DNA of 64,000 nt from Alphaproteobacteria bacterium (lineage in GTDB: Bacteria > Pseudomonadota > Alphaproteobacteria > JAAXGF01), in contig CAUVXB020000002.1 of assembly GCA_963555825.3 (NCBI GenBank), positions 896,001 through 960,000 on the forward strand, given 5' to 3'. Positions 9,929 through 18,713 of this stretch are shown here, piece after piece. Numbering within the stretch: position 1 is the stretch's first letter; each line of letters begins with the position of its first letter. Made by a program: the position numbers and the translations under genes. The notes under the pieces were generated by a model, which did not search any database, was not told the origin of the DNA, and saw nothing but the letters and a program-made list of their open reading frames with translations.

Positions 9929-11176
9929 CTAGTCGCCGATGCCGACCGCGTCGGTCTCCAGGTGTGTGGCGAGGAACTGTTCGACGCGCGGCAGTGTGTC
10001 GGCCAAGGCGTCCGGGTCGAACTTCAGCAGGTGGCCGAGGTAGCTGGCGCCACCGCCGGGCGCGACCGAGGCGCCCGACTTGCCGCGCGCCCAGGCGCCG
10101 ACGCGCGCCGGATCGGCGCTCCACTCGTCGTCGTAGCCGTGCACCGCGCCCGGATAGACCTTGATCGTGACCGGCGCCGGCGAGTTCATCTGCCGCGCGG
10201 CGATCACCGCGCCGTGACACAGGCTGGCCGGCGTCCAATCGTCGGCACCGCCGATCAGGATCAGCAGCGGCGTCTCGAACACGTCGGTCACGTCGCAGAA
10301 CGGGTAGAACGCAACGGCCGCGCGGAAGCCGCCGAACCGTCCGATCATGTCCATGACTTGCGTGCTGTCGGCGCGGATCGCGTGGAGCAGCGTCCAGCCG
10401 CCGTGGTTCCAGCCGGCGATGGCAATGCGCTCGGCGTCGATGCCCGGCTGGCTTTTCAGGAAGGCCATCGCGCCATAGGCGTCGTAGATTCGCTTGCGGA
10501 CCGAGACGCGGGCGGGCGCCGAACAGACCTCGTCGACGCCCCTGGGACCAAGCGAATCGACGACCAGCGCGACATGCCCCCAATCGCGGAACCGCTCGGC
10601 CCAAATGTGGTGCAGCGACGTGACCCCCGAACAGCCGTGCAGCAGCACGACCGCCGAAGCCGGCCGGTCGATCGGCGCCGGCCGGTAGAGCGTCCCGGTG
10701 ATCGATATCGACTCGTTCTTGCCGGGGCTCGTAAAGCTGACCGCTTCGCCCGCCGCCCAGGCGCCCGCCGGCCAAACTCCGAGCAGCAACCAGGCGAGTG
10801 CCGTCGCGAGCCGGCGCGGCTTGGGCTTGGGGCGGGGCAGGCTTAGCGCATGGTCGATCGACCGGCGCGTCCAATGCGCCAGGCTATCGGGGTCGTCGCG
10901 CAGCGCCGGCGGCGACAGCACGTACTGCTTCTTCACCGGTCCCGTGGCGAAATAACGCAGCGGTGTGCCGCCTTCCGACATGAGCCGCGCGCGGTCGTCG
11001 TCGGGTAGCTTCATCGCCAGCCCGACCGGCGTCAACGACAGGCAGATGTGGCCGTTGGCGTAGGCCGCCGCGCCCGAAAAGAAATGCCTGACCTCGACCT
11101 CGACGTCCTTGGGCAACATTGCGATGGTCGGGCCGAGCAAGGCCTCCAAACGTGCGACATATTCCGTTGCCATCAC
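9929..11176 (-). CDS. TfoX N-terminal domain fused through a hydrophobic segment to a dienelactone-hydrolase-family domain
   Basis: N-terminus HFFSG-A-YANG...YF...KQY (TfoX_N-like); RRLATALAWLLLGVWPAGAWA; then LHGCSG, GWNHGG, D-D-WTP, YPGA-HGYD. Confidence 0.75.
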   Translation of the reverse strand: MMATEYVARLEALLGPTIAMLPKDVEVEVRHFFSGAAAYANGHICLSLTPVGLAMKLPDDDRARLMSEGGTPLRYFATGPVKKQYVLSPPALRDDPDSLAHWTRRSIDHALSLPRPKPKPRRLATALAWLLLGVWPAGAWAAGEAVSFTSPGKNESISITGTLYRPAPIDRPASAVVLLHGCSGVTSLHHIWAERFRDWGHVALVVDSLGPRGVDEVCSAPARVSVRKRIYDAYGAMAFLKSQPGIDAERIAIAGWNHGGWTLLHAIRADSTQVMDMIGRFGGFRAAVAFYPFCDVTDVFETPLLILIGGADDWTPASLCHGAVIAARQMNSPAPVTIKVYPGAVHGYDDEWSADPARVGAWARGKSGASVAPGGGASYLGHLLKFDPDALADTLPRVEQFLATHLETDAVGIGD

Positions 11177-11199
11177 ATCCCGCTCACAAGAGAAGAATC

Positions 11200-11276
11200 A
11201 CCACAGAGGCACAGAGAATTTAGACCCGTAGGGGCGGGTTTCAAACCCGGCCCTACAATCAATGTGCCTCTGTGGT
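11200..11276. repeat. GTAG-type REP-like palindrome nested inside a 14-bp inverted repeat
   Basis: ACCACAGAGGCACA (11200-11213) and TGTGCCTCTGTGGT (11263-11276) enclose GTAGGGGCGGGTTTCAAACCCGGCCCTAC (11228-11256). Confidence 0.75.
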
Positions 11277-12437
11277 TCAAATCGGCGCACGCCATTCGGC
11301 CCGCACGTCGGCGTCGGGCTCGCCAGGCAGATGAGCCTCGCGCAGCGTGGCGAACCGATCTTCGGCGAGCAGCCGCGAAAGCGCCCAGACGGCCATCGCG
11401 CGGACCAGGGGCGAGGCGTCGCCGAGCCGCGCCTCGGCGGCCGGCGCGAGCGCCGCGTCGCCCGCGTTGCCGAGGCCGATCAGCGCGTTGCGGACGAAGC
11501 GGTCGCGGCCGACACGCTTGATCGCGGTGCCGGCGAAGACGCGCCGGAAGCCGGCGTCGTCGAGGCCTGCGAGGTCGGCGAGGCGCGGCGCGGTCAGCTC
11601 GGCGCGCGGCATGAAGGCGGTCTCGCGCGGCACTCGCGCGAATTTGTTCCACGGGCAGACCGCCAGGCAATCGTCGCAGCCGTAAATGCGGTTGCCCATG
11701 GGGGCGCGAAATTCGCGGTCGATGTGGCCCTTGTGCTCGATCGTCAGGTACGAGATGCAGCGCCGCGCGTCGATCCGGTAGGGCGCCGGAAACGCGTTCG
11801 TCGGACAGACGTCGAGGCAGGCGCGGCATGAACCGCAATGATCGGTCTCGGCGCCGTCGGGCGGCAATTCGAGCGCGGTGAAGACTTCACCGAGGAAGAG
11901 CCATGAGCCGTGCCGGCGCGACACCAGGTTGGTGTGCTTGCCCTGCCAGCCGATGCCGGCGCGGGCGGCCACCGGCTTCTCCATCACCGGCGCGGTGTCG
12001 ACGAAGACCTTGACCTCGGTTTCGAAGCGCTCGTGGATGAAGCGCGCGAGCCGCTTGAGACGGCGTTTGATGACGTCGTGGTAATCGGACCCTTGCGCGT
12101 AGACCGAGATGACGCCGCGGTCCCGGTTCTCCAATGCCGCGAGCGGATCGGTGGCCGGCGCGTAGCTGACGCCGAGCGCGATGACCGTGCGCGCGTCGGC
12201 CCACAGCGCCAGCGGGTCGGCGCGGCGCTCGGCGTTGCGCGCCATCCAGTCCATCTCGCCGTGATGGCCGGCGGCGAGGAAGCCTTCGAGGCCGGCGGCG
12301 ACGGTGGGCGGCTGGGCGGCGGCGGCGAATCCGACGTCGTCGAAGCCCAGTTCGCGGGCGAAGGCGGCGATTTCGGCCTTGGCCGCGGCCGGTTCCGGCG
12401 CGCCGGCGCCGGTCGCCTCAGAAGTCGAGATCGGCAT
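11277..12437 (-). CDS. queG: tRNA epoxyqueuosine reductase
   Basis: DYH, FVDTAPVMEK, CGSCRACLDVCPT, CISYLTIE, GCDDCLAVCPWN. Confidence 0.97.
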   Translation of the reverse strand: MPISTSEATGAGAPEPAAAKAEIAAFARELGFDDVGFAAAAQPPTVAAGLEGFLAAGHHGEMDWMARNAERRADPLALWADARTVIALGVSYAPATDPLAALENRDRGVISVYAQGSDYHDVIKRRLKRLARFIHERFETEVKVFVDTAPVMEKPVAARAGIGWQGKHTNLVSRRHGSWLFLGEVFTALELPPDGAETDHCGSCRACLDVCPTNAFPAPYRIDARRCISYLTIEHKGHIDREFRAPMGNRIYGCDDCLAVCPWNKFARVPRETAFMPRAELTAPRLADLAGLDDAGFRRVFAGTAIKRVGRDRFVRNALIGLGNAGDAALAPAAEARLGDASPLVRAMAVWALSRLLAEDRFATLREAHLPGEPDADVRAEWRAPI

Positions 12438-13086
12438 AATGCGCCGCCGGCGGCATGCCCGGGATCGAATCCTTGAGCAGCGGGCGGAATGAGGGCCGCG
12501 ACTTGAGGCGGGCGTACCATTCGCGCGCGCCCGCGTGGGCGTCCCAGGGCACGTTGCCGAGGTAGTCGACGGCCGAGAGATAGGCGCCGGCGGTGAGGTC
12601 GGCGAGCGAGAACTCAGGTCCCGCGAGCCAATTGCGCCGCGCCGTCAGATAGCTCAGGTATTCGAGGTGGATGTCGAGGTTGGCGAGCCCGGCGCGGATC
12701 GCCTCGGTGCTCGGCTCGCCGAGGCCCAGGAACCGCTTCATGACCTTCTCGCCGACCAGGTTGTCGGCCACCTCGTGGGCGAACTTGCCGTCGAACCAGG
12801 CGACCAGGCGGCGAATCTCGGCGCGCTCGGACGGCGCGCCCATGATCAGCGGCGGGTCGGGATAGGCCTCGTCGAGATACTCGCAGATCGCCGTCGCGTC
12901 GGCGACCACCAGGCCGCCCTCGTCGATCAGCACGGGCACCTCGCCGGTCGGGTTCATGGCGAGGAATTCGGGACGACGTTCCCACACCTTCTCGACCTTG
13001 AGCACGAAGTCGAGCCGCTTTTCGGCGAGCACCAGGCGCACCCTGCGCGAATGCGCCGACAACCACAGATGATGCAGTGTCCGCAT
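12418..13086 (-). CDS. Glutathione S-transferase family protein
   Basis: NPTGEVPVL...AICEYLDE, ARLKSRPSFRPLL; usual alphaproteobacterial neighbour of queG. Confidence 0.92.
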   Translation of the reverse strand: MRTLHHLWLSAHSRRVRLVLAEKRLDFVLKVEKVWERRPEFLAMNPTGEVPVLIDEGGLVVADATAICEYLDEAYPDPPLIMGAPSERAEIRRLVAWFDGKFAHEVADNLVGEKVMKRFLGLGEPSTEAIRAGLANLDIHLEYLSYLTARRNWLAGPEFSLADLTAGAYLSAVDYLGNVPWDAHAGAREWYARLKSRPSFRPLLKDSIPGMPPAAHYADLDF

Positions 13087-13184
13087 GGCGGCGAATGTAT
13101 CCCAAGCCCGCGACAGGCGACAGCCTCGTTTCAGTCGGCGGAATGGGTGCTGCGCCGGGTAATCACGCCCGCGATCGGAATCTA

Positions 13185-13294
13185 CCAGCCCGCGCCAATC
13201 CTATTGGGACAAGAGAGAGGCGGGCCGCCGACCGTTCGGCGGAAGCATGCGCGGCGATTGAGCGCAGGTCACCGTTAGGTGACCGCACAAAAAA
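13185..13294 (+). repeat. Structured repeat family B, copy B1
   Basis: AGCCCGC[loop]GCGGGC-CGCCGACCGTTCGGCG-GAA-GCATGCGCGGCGATTGAGCGCA-[hairpin]-GCACAAAAA, shared with the 31.3, 32.7/34.1 and 51.0 kb copies. Confidence 0.85.
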
Positions 13295-13310
13295 GGTGAC
13301 CCAAACAGAA

Positions 13311-14138
13311 TTACGGATCGCCGGGCGCGTCTTGGCCGAAGAAGAAGCGGCGCGTCGCGACGTCGAGCCTGACGCCGGGCTTTTCCTCATATGACAGCAC
13401 CAGCGAGATGCGCGGTGTCGCGCCTTCGATCGGGGTCACCCGGTGCAGCGCGAAATTGCCTTCGATCATGGTGAACGCGCCGGGCTTGGTGCGCGGCCGG
13501 ACGACGCGCGACCGCTCGCCGGTCAGCACCGCGCGCACGTCGTCGAAACATTCGTCGTCGGCGCTGCGCAGGCCGGGCACGAATTCGAACGCACCGCCCG
13601 CCTCGGAGGCCTGCAACTCGATGATATTCGAGTACTGCGCACGATCAAAATGCCACGCCAGTTGATCGCCGGCCTTGTAGATCATCAGCACCAGCGCGTT
13701 CGACGGGTCCTCGTGCAGGAACAACTCGGGCTTGGCCATCAGGTCGGCGACCAGGCGCCGTACCGGCGGCCAGCGATAGAGCGCATCGAGCGCCGTGCCG
13801 GGCATCTTGTGATGCGCGGCGCAGTGGCGTTGCGACGTCTCCTTGATGCGGTAGGGGTGGTCTTGCGGCACGTCGTCGTCGGCAGTCAAGCCGTAAGGGC
13901 TCTCCTGTTTCGCGCTGAATTGGGACTGCGGGACCAGCGTGGCGGCCTCCGCCTGCAGGCGTTCGAGCCCGGCCGCCGTGATGAAGCCCTCGAGCGCGAG
14001 CGCGCCGTTCGCCGCCAGATCCCGCCGCCCCTGGGCGACGACCTCGCGATACCGCGCGCTCGCGGGATCGTCGATCGGATAGCGCTCCAGGTCGACCAGC
14101 GACGCGGCGTCGATGGCTTCGGCGGACGATTGATCCAT
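13311..14138 (-). CDS. Fe(II)/2-oxoglutarate oxygenase-like protein (ArpA / BesD-HalD-like fold)
   Basis: LVDLERYPID N-terminus, WHFD (HxD), GGAFEF, LHRVTP, R-S. Confidence 0.7.
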   Translation of the reverse strand: MDQSSAEAIDAASLVDLERYPIDDPASARYREVVAQGRRDLAANGALALEGFITAAGLERLQAEAATLVPQSQFSAKQESPYGLTADDDVPQDHPYRIKETSQRHCAAHHKMPGTALDALYRWPPVRRLVADLMAKPELFLHEDPSNALVLMIYKAGDQLAWHFDRAQYSNIIELQASEAGGAFEFVPGLRSADDECFDDVRAVLTGERSRVVRPRTKPGAFTMIEGNFALHRVTPIEGATPRISLVLSYEEKPGVRLDVATRRFFFGQDAPGDP

Positions 14139-14160
14139 GGTCGTCGAACCTCTCCCAGTG

Positions 14161-17100
14161 TTACGCTCGTGCCGCCGCCGCCTCATCGGACAGCGGGTGT
14201 TCGAGGCGGGCGATCATCTCCTTGGGGCAGACCTGCCAGAAGCGCTCGCGCTCGACCTCCCAGCCGTCGAGCATGTGGCTCGCGAAACGCGAGCCGGTGC
14301 GCTCGGCGTGGCGCGCGACGAGATCGCGCAAGACGTCTTCCCAATGGCGGCTCTCGAGCCTCTGGTAGACCACCGTGTCGTCGTTGATGCGGATCGGCAG
14401 CGTCTCGTCCGGGTCGTAGACGAAGGCCATGCCGCCGGTCATGCCGGCCGCGAAGTTGAGGCCGACCGGGCCGAGGATCACGACGGTGCCGCCGGTCATG
14501 TACTCGCAGCCGTTCGAACCGCAGCCCTCGGCCACCGCGACGGCGCCCGAGTTGCGCACCGCGAAGCGCTCGCCGGCGCGGCCCGCGGCGAACAGCGTGC
14601 CGGCCGTCGCGCCATAGAGCACGGTGTTGCCGACGATGGTGTTCTGGTTGCTGACCAGCGGGCTCGAGACGGTCGGCCTGACGACGATGTCGCCGCCCGA
14701 CAGCCCCTTGCCGACATAGTCGTTGGCGTCGCCCATGACCTCGAGCGCGAGACCCTGCACGGCGAAGGCGCCGAGCGACTGGCCGGCCGAGCCGCGCAGG
14801 CGCACCGCGATGTGGCCCGGCTGCAGCCCGGTCATGCCGAAGCGGCGCGTGATCATCGACGAGAGCTTGGTGCCGATGGCGCGCTGGGTGTTGCGGATCG
14901 AATAGGCGAGCTGCATCTTCTCGCCGGCGGCGAGCGCCGGCTTGGCGTCGGTGATCATCTGGGCGTCGAGCGTCTCGGGCACCTCGTTGCGGCCCTCGAG
15001 GCTGCAATAGCGCGTGTAGGGCCCCGGGTCGGCCTGCACCAGCAGCGGGTTGAGGTCGAGATCGTCGAGATAGGCCGAGCCACGGCTCACCTGGGTCAGC
15101 AGGTCGGCGCGGCCGATGATTTCGTTCAGCGTGCGGACGCCGAGCGCGGCGAGGATCTCGCGCACTTCCTCGGCCAGGAACGAGAACAGGTTGACGACCT
15201 TCTCGGCCGTCCCCTCGAACTTGTCGCGCAGCTTGGGATCCTGGGTGCAGACGCCGACCGGACAGGTGTTGGAATGGCACTGGCGCACCATGATGCAGCC
15301 CATCGCGACCAGCGAGGCGGTGCCGACGCCGAACTCCTCGGCGCCCAGCATGGCGGCGATGACGACGTCGCGCCCGGTCCGGATGCCGCCGTCGGCGCGC
15401 AGGCGGACGGTGTGGCGCAGGCGGTTGAGCGTGAGCACCTGGTTGACTTCCGAGAGCCCCATCTCCCACGGCGCGCCGGCGTATTTGATGCTCGACTGCG
15501 GGCTCGCGCCGGTGCCACCGGTGTTGCCCGAAATCAGGATCACGTCGGCCTTGGCCTTGGCGACGCCGGCGGCCACCGTGCCGATGCCGGCGAGAGCCAC
15601 CAATTTCACCGTGACGCGGCAGTCGGGGTTGATCTGCTTGAGGTCGTAGATCAGCTGGGCGAGGTCCTCGATCGAATAGATGTCGTGGTGCGGCGGCGGC
15701 GAGATCAGCGTGACGCCCTCGGTCGCGTGCCGTAGCCGGGCGATCTCGGCCGTCACCTTGAAGCCGGGCAGCTGACCGCCCTCGCCGGGCTTGGCGCCCT
15801 GCGCGATCTTGATCTCGATCTCCGAGCAGTTGTTGAGGTATTCGGCGGTCACGCCGAAGCGCGCCGAGGCGATCTGCTTGACCGTCGAGTTGGCGTTGTC
15901 GCCGTTCGCCCGGGGCTTGGCGCGCGCCGGGTCCTCGCCGCCCTCGCCCGAGCACGAGGCGCCGCCGATGCGGTTCATGGCGATCGCGAGCGTCTCGTGC
16001 GCTTCCTTCGACAGCGCGCCGTGCGACATCGAGCCCGAGCCGAACCGCTTGCGGATTTCGGTGATCGATTCGACCTCGTCGACCGGCACCTCGGCGCCGA
16101 CGGTGTCGAAATCCAACAAATCGCGCAGGTTGACCGGCGGCAGGTCGCGCGCGCCCTCTGAGTATTTGCGGTAGAGCTGATAGGCGTCGGTCGCGACCGC
16201 GGCCTGCAGCGTGTGCACCAGCTCGGGCGCGAAGGAATGCACCTCGCCGGTGCTTCGGTAGCGATAGAGCCCGCCGATCGGCAGCACGGCCGCGTCGTCG
16301 GTGAAGGTCTCGCGGTGCAGGTCGATGACCTTGCGCTCGATGCCGGCGAGCCCGATGCCCGAAATACGCGACGGCATGCCCGGGAAGAAGTCGGCGACCA
16401 GCGTGCGCGACAGGCCGATGGCTTCGAAATTGTAGCCGCCGCGGTACGAGCTGATCACCGAGATGCCCATCTTCGACATGATCTTCAACAGGCCCTGGTC
16501 GACGGCGTGCTTGTAGCGGCGCACGCAGTCGCCGAGCTCGAGCGCGCCGAACAGGCCGCGGCGATGGCGGTCGGCAATCGCCTCCTGGGCGAGATAGGCG
16601 TTGACCGTGGTCGCGCCGACGCCGATCAGCACGGCGAACTGGTGAACGTCGAGGCATTCGGCGGTGCGCAGGTTGAGCGACGTATAAGTGCGCAAATCGT
16701 GGCGCACGAGATGCGAATGTACCGCGCCGGTCGCCAGCACCATCGGGATCGCGGCGCGCTCGGGACCGACGTTCATGTCGGAAAGAACCAGATGCACGCT
16801 GCCGCCGCGCACCGCGTCCTCGGCCTCGGCGCGGATGCGGTTGATCGCGTCGCGCAACGCGTCGTCGCCCGCGTCGACCTCGAAGGTCGCGTCGATCGAC
16901 GTCACGGCCGCGCCCATGGCGCGCATTACCGCGTCGAACTCGGCGTTGGTCAGCACCGGCGAGGCCAAGAGCAGGATATTGGTCTGGCTGGCGTCCTCGT
17001 CGAGCACGTTGGTCAGGTTGCCGAGCCGCGTGTTGAGCGACATTATGCGGCTCTCGCGCAAGCTGTCGATCGGCGGATTGGTGACCTGTGAGAACATCTG

Positions 17101-18702
17101 GCGGAAGAAGTGGTGCAGGCCGCGATAGCCGTTCGACAAGACGGCGAGTGGCGTGTCGTCGCCCATCGAGCCTGTCGCCTCCTTGGCCTCCTCGACCATC
17201 GGCTGGAGGATCATCTCGAGGTCCTCCATGGTGTAGCCGGCGCAGCGCAGCCGCAGGCGCAGCGCGTCGCGGTCCATCTCGTGCGTCTCGGGCGCTCCCG
17301 GCTCGATCAGGTCGCCGAGCTCGGTGATGTTCTTGACCCACTCGCCATAGGGCCGATCGGCGGCGAGCTGGTCCTTCAGCTCCCGGTCGTGGTAGAGCCG
17401 GCCGGCGACGAGGTCGACGCCGATCATCTGGCCCGGGCCGATGCGGCCCTTCTCGACCACGTCGGCCTCCGACACCGCGACCATGCCGGCCTCCGAGCCG
17501 ACGATCAGAAGGCCGTCGGCGGTGATCGTGTGGCGCATCGGGCGAAGCCCGTTGCGGTCCATGCCGGCGAGGATCCAGCGGCCGTCGGTGACGGCGATCG
17601 CCGCCGGGCCGTCCCACGGCTCCATCACCGTGTTGCAGTAGCTATAGAGCGCCTTGTGCGCCTCGGGCATCGATTCGTTCTTCGACCAGGCCTCGGGGAT
17701 CAGCAGCGACTTGACCAGCGGCGCCGGGCGGCCGGCGCGCACCAGCACCTCGAACACCGCGTCGAGCGCCGCCGAGTCCGAGCTGCCCGCCTGGATCACC
17801 GGCTTGATGTCCGCGCCGTGCTCGCGGAACTGGTTGCTCACCATGCGCGGCTCGTGACACTTCATCCAGTTGATGTTGCCGCGCACGGTGTTGATCTCGC
17901 CGTTGTGCGCCAGCATGCGGAACGGCTGGGCGAGCCGCCAGGTCGGGAAGGTGTTGGTCGAATAACGCTGGTGGTAGATCGCGAAGCTCGAGACGAAGCG
18001 GTCGTCCAACAGGTCGGGGAAGAAGGCCGACAGCTGCTCGGCCAGGAACATGCCCTTGTAGATGATCGAGCGGCACGACAGCGAGCAGATGTAGAAATCG
18101 GTGATATGCGCGGCGAGCACGCCGCGCTCGATCTTGCGGCGGATGATATACAGGTCGAGCTCGAACTGGTCCTCGTCGACGTGGCCGTCGTTGGCGATCA
18201 TGATCTGCTCGATTTCGGGCCGCGTCGCGTTGGCCTTCTCGCCGATCACGCCGGCGTCGATCGGCACCTGGCGCCAGCCGTAGATGCGGTAGCCGAAGTT
18301 GATGATTTCGGTCTCGACGATGCCGCGGCAGACCTCCTGGGCGCCGAGGTCGGTCTTGGGCATGAACACCATGCCGACCGCCAGCCGTTCGCCGCCGGCG
18401 ACGTGGCCGGTGCGCGCGATGTGCTCCTTGAAGAAGTCCTGCGGGATCTCGACGTGAATGCCGGCGCCGTCGCCGGTCATGCCGTCGGCGTCGACTGCGC
18501 CGCGGTGCCATACCGCCTTGAGCGCCTCGATGCCCGCGAGAACGACGGCGCGGCGCGGCCGGCCGTCGATCGCCGCAACCAAGCCGACGCCGCAGGCGTC
18601 ATGCTCGTCGGCCGGGTCATAGAGACCGTTCGCGGAGAGGCGCGCGGCATTGGCGCGCCACTCGTCGACGAAGGCGGCGCCGGCGTTTTTTGTTTCGGTC
18701 AT
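14161..18702 (-). CDS. gltB: Glutamate synthase large subunit
   Basis: EHDACGVG, HQRYSTNT, EPWDGPA, GAKPGEGGQLPG, CHSNTCPVG; true start MTETKN at 18702. Confidence 0.98.
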   Translation of the reverse strand: MTETKNAGAAFVDEWRANAARLSANGLYDPADEHDACGVGLVAAIDGRPRRAVVLAGIEALKAVWHRGAVDADGMTGDGAGIHVEIPQDFFKEHIARTGHVAGGERLAVGMVFMPKTDLGAQEVCRGIVETEIINFGYRIYGWRQVPIDAGVIGEKANATRPEIEQIMIANDGHVDEDQFELDLYIIRRKIERGVLAAHITDFYICSLSCRSIIYKGMFLAEQLSAFFPDLLDDRFVSSFAIYHQRYSTNTFPTWRLAQPFRMLAHNGEINTVRGNINWMKCHEPRMVSNQFREHGADIKPVIQAGSSDSAALDAVFEVLVRAGRPAPLVKSLLIPEAWSKNESMPEAHKALYSYCNTVMEPWDGPAAIAVTDGRWILAGMDRNGLRPMRHTITADGLLIVGSEAGMVAVSEADVVEKGRIGPGQMIGVDLVAGRLYHDRELKDQLAADRPYGEWVKNITELGDLIEPGAPETHEMDRDALRLRLRCAGYTMEDLEMILQPMVEEAKEATGSMGDDTPLAVLSNGYRGLHHFFRQMFSQVTNPPIDSLRESRIMSLNTRLGNLTNVLDEDASQTNILLLASPVLTNAEFDAVMRAMGAAVTSIDATFEVDAGDDALRDAINRIRAEAEDAVRGGSVHLVLSDMNVGPERAAIPMVLATGAVHSHLVRHDLRTYTSLNLRTAECLDVHQFAVLIGVGATTVNAYLAQEAIADRHRRGLFGALELGDCVRRYKHAVDQGLLKIMSKMGISVISSYRGGYNFEAIGLSRTLVADFFPGMPSRISGIGLAGIERKVIDLHRETFTDDAAVLPIGGLYRYRSTGEVHSFAPELVHTLQAAVATDAYQLYRKYSEGARDLPPVNLRDLLDFDTVGAEVPVDEVESITEIRKRFGSGSMSHGALSKEAHETLAIAMNRIGGASCSGEGGEDPARAKPRANGDNANSTVKQIASARFGVTAEYLNNCSEIEIKIAQGAKPGEGGQLPGFKVTAEIARLRHATEGVTLISPPPHHDIYSIEDLAQLIYDLKQINPDCRVTVKLVALAGIGTVAAGVAKAKADVILISGNTGGTGASPQSSIKYAGAPWEMGLSEVNQVLTLNRLRHTVRLRADGGIRTGRDVVIAAMLGAEEFGVGTASLVAMGCIMVRQCHSNTCPVGVCTQDPKLRDKFEGTAEKVVNLFSFLAEEVREILAALGVRTLNEIIGRADLLTQVSRGSAYLDDLDLNPLLVQADPGPYTRYCSLEGRNEVPETLDAQMITDAKPALAAGEKMQLAYSIRNTQRAIGTKLSSMITRRFGMTGLQPGHIAVRLRGSAGQSLGAFAVQGLALEVMGDANDYVGKGLSGGDIVVRPTVSSPLVSNQNTIVGNTVLYGATAGTLFAAGRAGERFAVRNSGAVAVAEGCGSNGCEYMTGGTVVILGPVGLNFAAGMTGGMAFVYDPDETLPIRINDDTVVYQRLESRHWEDVLRDLVARHAERTGSRFASHMLDGWEVERERFWQVCPKEMIARLEHPLSDEAAAARA

Positions 18703-18713
18703 CGCGTCGCCTC

